This document shows positions 28,366-35,884 of a stretch of DNA of 35,884 nucleotides, piece by piece; within the stretch, counting starts at the first letter, position 1, and each line of letters begins with the position of its first letter. The notes beneath the pieces are model-generated. The model worked only from the letters and a program-made list of their open reading frames with translations, did not search any database and was not told the DNA's origin. The DNA is from Bacteroides sp. Lineage in GTDB: Bacteria; Bacteroidota; Bacteroidia; Bacteroidales; SM23-62. Location of the stretch: contig DAOUVF010000001.1 in assembly GCA_030667765.1 (NCBI GenBank), positions 1 through 35,884 of the forward strand, in the 5' to 3' direction. The position numbers and the translations under genes were made by a program.

Positions 28366-29574
28366 ATGAATCCAAAAGCTTATTTAATTATAATCACATT
28401 TTTTGCATTCATCGGATGCAAAATGCAGATCAGTTCGAATATTTCTGATAAAGAAGCATTTAATGCTGCCTTAGCAAAGGCAAGCCCAGGTGATACGATA
28501 TTTTTATCGTCCGGGACTTTCAAGGATTGGGAAGCAACCATAAATGTATCCGGTGCTGAAAATAATCCTATAGTCATTTCGGGGTCAAAAAAAGCACCAA
28601 CGGTTTTCAGTGATTCCATTACAGGAAATCCCTTTTTTCGAATTAAGGGGCAATATATTGAACTTACCAATATTGAATTTAGCAATACAAATTTCAGATA
28701 TCCCATCGTTGTGCTGGATTCATGTTCCCATTCCAGTATCAGTAACTGCATTTTTAAGAACAATACTGCCATGAAGCAATTCAACCATATGGTGTCTGTC
28801 AGTGGGAATGGCAGTAATAACCATATTGTCCATTGTACTTTCGATAATATTGCCGATGGGCAATTGGTATCAGTCCGGGTTCGTGAGGAATATCCGACGA
28901 AAACCCTCGTAGCACATAATACTTTTATGAACATCCCACCGAATAAATATGGAAACGGTGCAGAATCTGTGCAGGTAGGTCAGGATGCAGTGAACTATGG
29001 AACTGCGAAGCCTGAAGTAACTGTAGAGAATAATACATTTATTCGATGCAATGGCGAAGCAGAAATAATCAGCAATAAATGCTCAGGCAATATATACCGG
29101 AACAACCATTTTGGAAATTGTAAAGGTGCCATCGTAATGCGTGGTGGCCACGAATGTGAAATTTCTGGAAACACATTCCAGGGAGGAATAATGGGCGTAA
29201 GGCTGAGTGGTACCAGTCATCATGTATATAATAATGAAATCAATAATACTGAAGTTGGCATTTTATTGCTTTACGGTACGGGGGTCGAATATGAACCAGC
29301 TTTTTATACTGCAGTATCAAACTGTGTTATTGAGAAGAATATCATTTTTGAACCCAAGAAGTGTGGTATATTAATAGGAGATAAAAAAGACGCAACCAGG
29401 CTCCTGAATAATGTTGGGAAGCACGCCATGTTGGATTCAGTCCTCAGGCATATTTATCCGCCAGTGAATAATAAATTTTTATCCAATACCATAACCGCCG
29501 ATAAGGGTAAACATATCATCATTGATGATGCCCCTGATAATTTAATTGATAATAATATACTTCGAGAACCTTAA
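28366..29574 (+). CDS. Polysaccharide lyase family 6 (chondroitinase B/alginate lyase-like beta-helix)
   Basis: PGDTIFL, NGAESVQVG, CNGEAEIISNKCSGNIYRNN, MRGG; Asn-ladder repeats. Confidence 0.85.
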   Translation: MNPKAYLIIITFFAFIGCKMQISSNISDKEAFNAALAKASPGDTIFLSSGTFKDWEATINVSGAENNPIVISGSKKAPTVFSDSITGNPFFRIKGQYIELTNIEFSNTNFRYPIVVLDSCSHSSISNCIFKNNTAMKQFNHMVSVSGNGSNNHIVHCTFDNIADGQLVSVRVREEYPTKTLVAHNTFMNIPPNKYGNGAESVQVGQDAVNYGTAKPEVTVENNTFIRCNGEAEIISNKCSGNIYRNNHFGNCKGAIVMRGGHECEISGNTFQGGIMGVRLSGTSHHVYNNEINNTEVGILLLYGTGVEYEPAFYTAVSNCVIEKNIIFEPKKCGILIGDKKDATRLLNNVGKHAMLDSVLRHIYPPVNNKFLSNTITADKGKHIIIDDAPDNLIDNNILREP

Positions 29575-29584
29575 AAGATCTATT

Positions 29585-31012
29585 ATGAAAAAAAGCATGC
29601 AATTCCTGGCTTTACTCTTACTGGTAGGCCATGGTTGTACAAACAAGCAGAAACAAACGGATAAAGATGCCAATCTGCAAGCTGGCCGCCCGAATATCGT
29701 GTTGATTATCTCCGATGATCAAGGATATCATGACCTTGGCTGTTATGGGGCGACAGATGTAAAAACACCTACATTGGACCGGATAGCTTCAGAAGGGGTA
29801 CGACTGACCAACTTTTATGTTACTTGTTCTTTTTGTACTCCTTCAAGAGGAAGCCTGTTAACAGGACGTTATCCACAACGCAACGGCACCTATGATCTTT
29901 TCCGGAACGACAGGGTCAATGACGGACATCTATACCAGTCATATGAATACAGCATCTCATCGGAACGAATTCTCGGTATGGATTTGCGGGAGGTATTAAT
30001 TTCTGAACTCCTTCAGGAAGCCGGATACATAAACGGATGTTTTGGAAAATGGGACCTGGGACAATTGCAACGGTATTTGCCGCTGCAACAAGGTTTCAAC
30101 CGTTACTACGGATTCGTTAATACCGGAGTCGATTACTTTACACATGAACGATATGGAGTACCTTCCATGTACGAGGATAATCAACCTACCATAAAAGATA
30201 AAGGCACATATTGTACTGATCTGTTTGAGAGGGAAGCCATTAAATTTCTGAAAGAGAATATAGACAAACCGTTTTTCCTCTATCTACCTTTTAACGCACC
30301 GCATTACGGATCAAACCAGCATAAAGAGGATCCACGGTACCCCGTACAGGCCACCCAGGAATATCTCGATATGTATCCGGAAGCATTCGAAAAAGGTGAT
30401 TACAAGCGCCAGGGTACCATGGCTTCAATTACTGATATGGATAATGCCATCGGTAATATTCTGCAGGTGATCGAAGATGCGGGTAAGGCAGACAATACCC
30501 TGGTCATATTTCTATCGGATAATGGCGGTGGTGGTGGTAGTGTCAATGATCCGCTCAAGGGAGGAAAAGGCAATTTTTTTGAAGGTGGCATCCGTGTACC
30601 TTGCATTATTAAGTGGCCGGAAAAGATTCCTGGAGATCAGGTTATCGATAATTTCCTTAGTTCACTGGAGATATTCCCGACCATTATATCTGCTGTGGGT
30701 TTAGATGAACCAGATGACGTGATCCTCGATGGTTTTAACATGCTGCCAGTTCTCTCTGGAGAGGATAAAGATCTTGAACGCCAGGAAATGTACTGGGAAG
30801 CCAGGGATAAGGTTGCTGTACGCATTGGAATTTGGAAGCTGGTAGACAATATTGATGAAAAAGGTTTTTATGACCTTTCTAAGGATATTTCTGAAGAAAC
30901 GGATTTAACTGATTTACTGCCTGATAAATTTGCTGAGATAAATAATATGTTCAAGGAATGGCAGCAAGAAATAGCCAATACTGAACCACGCGGACCATTT
31001 AAGGATTACTAG
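29585..31012 (+). CDS. S1 (formylglycine-dependent) sulfatase, probable lipoprotein
   Basis: PNIVLIISDDQG, CTPSRGSLLTGRY, FNAPH, SDNG, GKGNFFEGGIRVP; start ATG 29585. Confidence 0.95.
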   Translation: MKKSMQFLALLLLVGHGCTNKQKQTDKDANLQAGRPNIVLIISDDQGYHDLGCYGATDVKTPTLDRIASEGVRLTNFYVTCSFCTPSRGSLLTGRYPQRNGTYDLFRNDRVNDGHLYQSYEYSISSERILGMDLREVLISELLQEAGYINGCFGKWDLGQLQRYLPLQQGFNRYYGFVNTGVDYFTHERYGVPSMYEDNQPTIKDKGTYCTDLFEREAIKFLKENIDKPFFLYLPFNAPHYGSNQHKEDPRYPVQATQEYLDMYPEAFEKGDYKRQGTMASITDMDNAIGNILQVIEDAGKADNTLVIFLSDNGGGGGSVNDPLKGGKGNFFEGGIRVPCIIKWPEKIPGDQVIDNFLSSLEIFPTIISAVGLDEPDDVILDGFNMLPVLSGEDKDLERQEMYWEARDKVAVRIGIWKLVDNIDEKGFYDLSKDISEETDLTDLLPDKFAEINNMFKEWQQEIANTEPRGPFKDY

Positions 31013-31072
31013 ATCTGGAATAGTCGAGAATGCTGATTAACAATATATTGGGAACTTAATAAACAATTCAAA

Positions 31073-33127
31073 ATGTCAAGATTAGTAAATAATTACTTTA
31101 ATTTATGCTGCTTAACACTCTTTATTATAATATTTTCTGGGTGTCACACAAACCAGGAAATACTTTTTTTCGATGATTTTAATGACATAAAACGAGGCCC
31201 GTACTCTATTGCTGTGGGTGCACATACCGAGTATCATTATCTGCACGAGGCTGCCCCAAAAGGAAAATGGGAGGTTTCTACCTTTACCTGGCATAGGATG
31301 CTGCCTTGGTCAGTTCGGGCAAATGCAGAAGGTGACAATCAAATGGTGTGTGATGTAATCAATGATTTCAGTTCCTATACTCATCCAATGCTCTGCGCAG
31401 GCAATCGTTTTTGGGGAGATTATGAACTTTCAGTCAATCTGGATATTGAGAGCGACGAAAAAATGAGTGGCATCATTGCCCGGTATCAAAACGACAGGTG
31501 TTATTATGTATTCTGTCTCGACAATGGCAAGGCTCAAATTAGATATGTTCATCATGCCAGGGCCTTTCATGAACCTTATGAAGAAATATTGGCTGAAGAG
31601 GAATATAATCTTGTACCGGGCAAGAATATGACCATGCAATTTTCTGCGAGGGGAAACAAGTTAACCGGCACCATAGGCGATGTGCTTATTGAGGCAAATG
31701 ATGACAGATATAAAAATGGTAAAGTAGCTCTTGTGTCAGATGTTCCTGTTAAGTACAATTGGGTAAAAGTCACAAGTACCCGAAAAGAAAAAGAGGAATT
31801 TGAATCTATGGAAAAGGAATTTGAAGAAGAAGTTCGGAAAGTCAAGGAAGAGATCCCTGGTATGGTGGTCTGGAAAAAACTTAACACAAAGGGATTTGGT
31901 GTAGGCAGGAATTTACGCTTTGGTGACCTGGATGGGGATGGCGAACCAGATTTTCTGGTCACCCAGGTAAAAAGGCATGGTCCCGGGGATGCCAACAGTG
32001 AGGTTGGATGTATGACGGCGATGACTTTTGATGGCGAGAGATTATGGCAGATTGGAAAACCCGACAGGGACAATGCAGAGTTGACAAATGATGTTGGGGT
32101 TCAAATCCACGACATTAATAATGACGGAAAAAATGAAGTGATTTACTGCAAGAACTTTGAGATAGTGGTTGCTGAAGGCTGTACCGGAAAAACCTTATAT
32201 AAAACCCCAACCCCAAAGGTTACAAACAAGGATCCAAACGAAAGACAGAATATCTTCGACAGGATCCTGGGAGATTGTTTATTTTTCTGTGATCTGAGCG
32301 GAAAAGGATATGATGGAGATATCATCATCAAGGACAGGTACAAGCGGGTATGGGCATACAACAGCAATTTGCAGCTGTTGTGGTACAACTTCATTAATAC
32401 CGGACATTATCCATATGCTTATGACGTGGACGGCGACGGCAAAGATGAAGTTGCCATCGGCTACAGCATGATTGATGATGATGGTTCTATTATCTGGTCA
32501 CTGGATGAGGAGCTGGATGATCATGCTGATGGAATTGCTGTTGTCCGGTATAAAGAGGATGAGGAACCTGTTATATTATGCTCCGCCAGCGATGAAGGAA
32601 TATTCTTTGCTGACATAAACGGGAATATTATAAAACACCATTACCTGGGACATGTACAGAATCCTGCTGTAGCTAATTTCCGGGATGACCTGCCCGGCCT
32701 GGAAACAGTCTCTATCAATTTCTGGGGCAACCAGGGTATCCTCAACTTTTTTGATGCAGATGGCGAACCCTATCTTTCGATTGAACCAAACCAGTATGGA
32801 AGCATGTGTCTGCCCGTTAACTGGACCGGGAGGAGTGAAGAATTTTTCGTGCTCAATGCCAATGTTGATGAGGGTGGGATTTATGATGGCTTTGGCAGGA
32901 GGGTGCTCGATTTTCCGGATGACGGGCACCCTGACATGTGCAATGCCGTACTTGACATCACCGGTGATTGCCGTGATGAAATTGTTGTATGGGACCATCA
33001 TAAGATCTGGGTGTACTCACAGGATGACAGTCCCAAAACAGGAAAACTATTCAAACCCGAAAGGAATCCCCTATCAAATTATTCCAATTACCAGGCTACA
33101 GTATCCCTGCCCGGGTGGGAAAATTAA
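31073..33127 (+). CDS. Lipoprotein with N-terminal lectin/DUF1080-like domain and FG-GAP beta-propeller (rhamnogalacturonan lyase PL11-like)
   Basis: FSGC lipobox; repeated DxDGDG Ca-binding motifs (GDLDGDGEPD, DINNDGKNE, DVDGDGKDE, DITGDCRDE); HADG. Confidence 0.65.
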   Translation: MSRLVNNYFNLCCLTLFIIIFSGCHTNQEILFFDDFNDIKRGPYSIAVGAHTEYHYLHEAAPKGKWEVSTFTWHRMLPWSVRANAEGDNQMVCDVINDFSSYTHPMLCAGNRFWGDYELSVNLDIESDEKMSGIIARYQNDRCYYVFCLDNGKAQIRYVHHARAFHEPYEEILAEEEYNLVPGKNMTMQFSARGNKLTGTIGDVLIEANDDRYKNGKVALVSDVPVKYNWVKVTSTRKEKEEFESMEKEFEEEVRKVKEEIPGMVVWKKLNTKGFGVGRNLRFGDLDGDGEPDFLVTQVKRHGPGDANSEVGCMTAMTFDGERLWQIGKPDRDNAELTNDVGVQIHDINNDGKNEVIYCKNFEIVVAEGCTGKTLYKTPTPKVTNKDPNERQNIFDRILGDCLFFCDLSGKGYDGDIIIKDRYKRVWAYNSNLQLLWYNFINTGHYPYAYDVDGDGKDEVAIGYSMIDDDGSIIWSLDEELDDHADGIAVVRYKEDEEPVILCSASDEGIFFADINGNIIKHHYLGHVQNPAVANFRDDLPGLETVSINFWGNQGILNFFDADGEPYLSIEPNQYGSMCLPVNWTGRSEEFFVLNANVDEGGIYDGFGRRVLDFPDDGHPDMCNAVLDITGDCRDEIVVWDHHKIWVYSQDDSPKTGKLFKPERNPLSNYSNYQATVSLPGWEN

Positions 33128-33145
33128 ACAGTAAACCATCGAATA

Positions 33146-34237
33146 ATGAAATATTGCTTACTCATAATAACATCATTTTTCCTCTCTGTATATGTTCAGG
33201 GACAGAAATCTCCATATCCACAAAGTGAAGTGATAAAAGATATCAAATTTCACTGGGCGTTCCATAATAGATTGGCTTCCGGGAGTGATAACTGGCCGGT
33301 AACCTGGGCTGATGATGACAATCAGTACCTTGTTTGGGGAGACGGAGGTGGATTCGGGGGCACCAACAGTATTGGGAGATCAAGCATAGGAATTGCCCGG
33401 ATCGAAGGAAGCTGGCACAGTTACCAGGCCAGCAATATCTGGGGAGGTTATAATCCCGAAAACGAGCATGATATAATTGGGAAAAGTTATGGAATCGTAT
33501 GTATCAATTCAGTATTGTACATGTGGGTTGGAATGTTCCATACGAAAGAAGACCAGTTCGATGAAGTTAAAATTGCCCATTCTAAAGATCATGGGGCTTC
33601 CTGGGAATTTACCGATTGGTCTTTTACCCGTAAAGAAGGAATTATGATGCCCACGGTCTGTAATTTTGGCAAAAACTATGAGGGTGCGAAGGATGACTAT
33701 GTTTATAGTTATCTGATTCGATTTCAATCGTATGAAGGGTCTGATGATTACCCGGACAAAGTGGATTGGTTAAACTGTCAAAAACCAGGACTTATTGATC
33801 TGGCAAGGGTTCCTAAGAATCAGGTGTTAGATCGGAATGCATATTCTTTTTTTGCAGGAATGGAGGATGGCCGACCTGTCTGGACAAAAGACATAAATCA
33901 GCGAAAGCCGGTTTTTGAAAATCCGGACGGTGTTGGCTGGTGTATAAATGTAAGTTTTAATGAGGGACTGCAGCGTTACATGCTGACTTCAGAACATTCT
34001 GAAACCCACCGTGGGAATATCGGCATTTTTGATGCCCCGAATCCCTGGGGTCCATGGACAACCGTATGCTACCAGAGAAAATGGGGAGAAGGACATATCC
34101 CTTTGAACACATTCTTCTGGAACTTCTCCAATAAATGGCTTAGCGAAGACGGAAAATCTTTCTCACTGATCTTCACAGGCAGAAAAGAAAATGACTCATT
34201 CAATGTAATCAGGGGAGAGTTTGTTACAAGCGATTAA
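33146..34237 (+). CDS. Secreted beta-propeller protein, DUF4185-like putative glycoside hydrolase
   Basis: Signal peptide; SDNWPVTWADD, WGDGGGF, Asp-box SKDHGASW, DAPNPWGPW. Confidence 0.6.
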   Translation: MKYCLLIITSFFLSVYVQGQKSPYPQSEVIKDIKFHWAFHNRLASGSDNWPVTWADDDNQYLVWGDGGGFGGTNSIGRSSIGIARIEGSWHSYQASNIWGGYNPENEHDIIGKSYGIVCINSVLYMWVGMFHTKEDQFDEVKIAHSKDHGASWEFTDWSFTRKEGIMMPTVCNFGKNYEGAKDDYVYSYLIRFQSYEGSDDYPDKVDWLNCQKPGLIDLARVPKNQVLDRNAYSFFAGMEDGRPVWTKDINQRKPVFENPDGVGWCINVSFNEGLQRYMLTSEHSETHRGNIGIFDAPNPWGPWTTVCYQRKWGEGHIPLNTFFWNFSNKWLSEDGKSFSLIFTGRKENDSFNVIRGEFVTSD

Positions 34238-34243
34238 TCCAAA

Positions 34244-35431
34244 CTAGAAAAGATTGACAGGGTTCAATCTCAGAAATTCCTGCCAGGGTATGCCTCCCTC
34301 CCCGACAAGAATTGATTTTTCAGGTTTGAATTTTCTGCTAAAGGCATCCATACCATGCGTTTTACCGGGGGTACCGCTTTTTACCTCCAGCGCAATGATC
34401 CTGCCGTCATATTCAAGTATAAAATCAACCTCATGGTTACCATGTCTCCAGTAAAACAATTTGTAATGCTGAGTCATCGAATGGTTGAGCAAATGTGCTC
34501 CAATAGCAGATTCAACCCAACTGCCCCAATTTTCGTGGCTGTTGACAATTACATTCATTCCGGATATCTGCTGAGCAGATATAAGCGCTGTGTTATGAAC
34601 CTGAAATTTCGGACTTGATGCACGTTGTCTTATAATAGCCGGGCTGTATTTCTCCAAACCTCCAATTAATCCCGCCGTATCCAGTAAATTCAAATAATGG
34701 GCAAGGGTAGTAGTATTTCCTGCTTCCTGCAACTGTCCCATAATTTTATTGTACGATAATATCTGACCTGATAATGTACACCCCAATTCAAACAATCTTC
34801 TCATGAGTGCAGGCTTATCCACCCTTGTAAGAAGCAGTATGTCCCTGAATATACTTGTTTCGATAAGTGATTCCCTTATGTACTGTTTCCATCTTTCCTC
34901 GTCGGCAATCAAATCGGCTCCACCAGGATATCCACCATACCATACATATTGTTCAGGTGTAAATCCAAAAGCCTCTTGCATTTCTGCAAATGTCCAATGT
35001 CCAACATAGAGGGTCTCAAACCTTCCAGCCAAAGATTCCGTTAATCCTCTCTGAATCAGTAATCTGGAAGATCCAAGGAGAATCACTTTCAGTCCGGTTT
35101 TATTCCGGGTATCTTCATCCCATAGTTTTTTTACTATTTCACTCCATCCCTGTATTTTCTGTATCTCGTCTATAACGAGTACACCTTCATTCTTTCCAGA
35201 ATCAGTAAGCATTGCCCTGGCAGCATTCCATTGTTGCTCCAACCAAAAAACCTGATCAGCAAACACTGCATCTGAAGAGGCATAATAATATGGTAGTGAA
35301 ATCTGTTCAGAAAATTGGTTTACTAAAGTGGTTTTACCTACCTGTCTTGGACCGTATACTACCTGTATATGACGTCTTGGTTCAGATTTAATACGTTTTG
35401 CAAGTATTTGTTTATTAATACGTTCGTACAT
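34244..35431 (-). CDS. AAA_14 ATPase with DUF4143 and C-terminal PD-(D/E)xK-like domain
   Basis: Walker A GPRQVGKTT, Walker B VIDEIQK, ESLAGR, YGGYP, EVDFIL...ALEVKSG; start ATG 35431 (MYER). Confidence 0.92.
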   Translation of the reverse strand: MYERINKQILAKRIKSEPRRHIQVVYGPRQVGKTTLVNQFSEQISLPYYYASSDAVFADQVFWLEQQWNAARAMLTDSGKNEGVLVIDEIQKIQGWSEIVKKLWDEDTRNKTGLKVILLGSSRLLIQRGLTESLAGRFETLYVGHWTFAEMQEAFGFTPEQYVWYGGYPGGADLIADEERWKQYIRESLIETSIFRDILLLTRVDKPALMRRLFELGCTLSGQILSYNKIMGQLQEAGNTTTLAHYLNLLDTAGLIGGLEKYSPAIIRQRASSPKFQVHNTALISAQQISGMNVIVNSHENWGSWVESAIGAHLLNHSMTQHYKLFYWRHGNHEVDFILEYDGRIIALEVKSGTPGKTHGMDAFSRKFKPEKSILVGEGGIPWQEFLRLNPVNLF

Positions 35432-35438
35432 AATTTTC

Positions 35439-35464
35439 AATTTGCTCAATATATTGAGCAAATT
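35439..35464. promoter_or_regulatory. 26-bp perfect palindrome, putative operator
   Basis: AATTTGCTCAATA|TATTGAGCAAATT, 7 bp upstream of the ATPase ATG. Confidence 0.6.
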
Positions 35465-35642
35465 CAAAATAAACTGGTAAACTGGCTCTAATACAATTGA
35501 TCTTTTGCTGGCTCAATCCATAACACAATGATTCCAGAATAGAAATCACCATTGAATACTGGGGAGGTACTTCAGATTTTAAATGAAGAATTATACCGCT
35601 TGATGAGGCAATGTTGAAAATGAACTGACTTTTAATCTGCGA

Positions 35643-35884
35643 TTATTCCAGTGTTTGAATTTTAATATTTCTCCAGGAGACTTTTATTCCGCCACCCGAA
35701 TGAATTTGCAATGCTATACTGCCAGATCCCTCACCTATCTTGTCATCTGTTAATGTGATCATCTCCTGACCATTCAACCAGGTAGTAACCTTGTCATCCA
35801 CGACCCGGATTTTCATTGTATTCCAATCTTCGTATTTCAGGGCCTTGTCTTTTTCCGGGTCAGGTTTTATTATCCATCCCCGGC
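35643..35884 (-). CDS. DUF1080 (3-keto-disaccharide hydrolase) family protein, 5' end outside the window
   Basis: Not in the ORF track. Manual translation: RGWIIKPDPEKDKALKYEDWNTMKIRVVDDKVTTWLNG...IALQIHSGGGIKVSWRNIKIQTLE*. Confidence 0.88.
   Translation of the reverse strand, partial: RGWIIKPDPEKDKALKYEDWNTMKIRVVDDKVTTWLNGQEMITLTDDKIGEGSGSIALQIHSGGGIKVSWRNIKIQTLE

Noticed and set aside
28380..28934. 184-aa antisense ORF within the PL6 gene
   Set aside because: Antisense shadow with no protein features

Overview
This is a gene-dense chromosomal segment from a Bacteroidota bacterium, probably Bacteroidales-like. Evidence includes TAnnTTTG-type promoters and lineage-typical gene families. About 1-27.7 kb is core genome: NupC transporter (partial), DUF151 nuclease, rplU-rpmA-serS, EamA transporter, S41 peptidase, ruvC, HIT, greA, ahcY, ribF, a roughly 11 kb glycogen locus, gatB, two DUF4369/TlpA paralogs and lpxH. 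The glycogen locus has GlgB, a 1413-aa GT3 glycogen synthase-GT35 phosphorylase fusion, GH57, GT4 and a debranching enzyme. About 27.8-35.9 kb looks accessory and more AT-rich: PL6 lyase, sulfatase, a PL11-like propeller, a DUF4185-like protein, an AAA-DUF4143 ATPase preceded by a 26-bp perfect palindrome, and a partial DUF1080 gene. Two genes (S41 peptidase, gatB) have single-base frameshifts in homopolymers, most likely sequencing errors. No rRNA, tRNA, CRISPR or transposase was seen. The most notable items are the synthase-phosphorylase fusion locus, a probable greA leader terminator, the SusCD-less glycan cluster and the palindrome. All family assignments come from motif recognition, not database searches.
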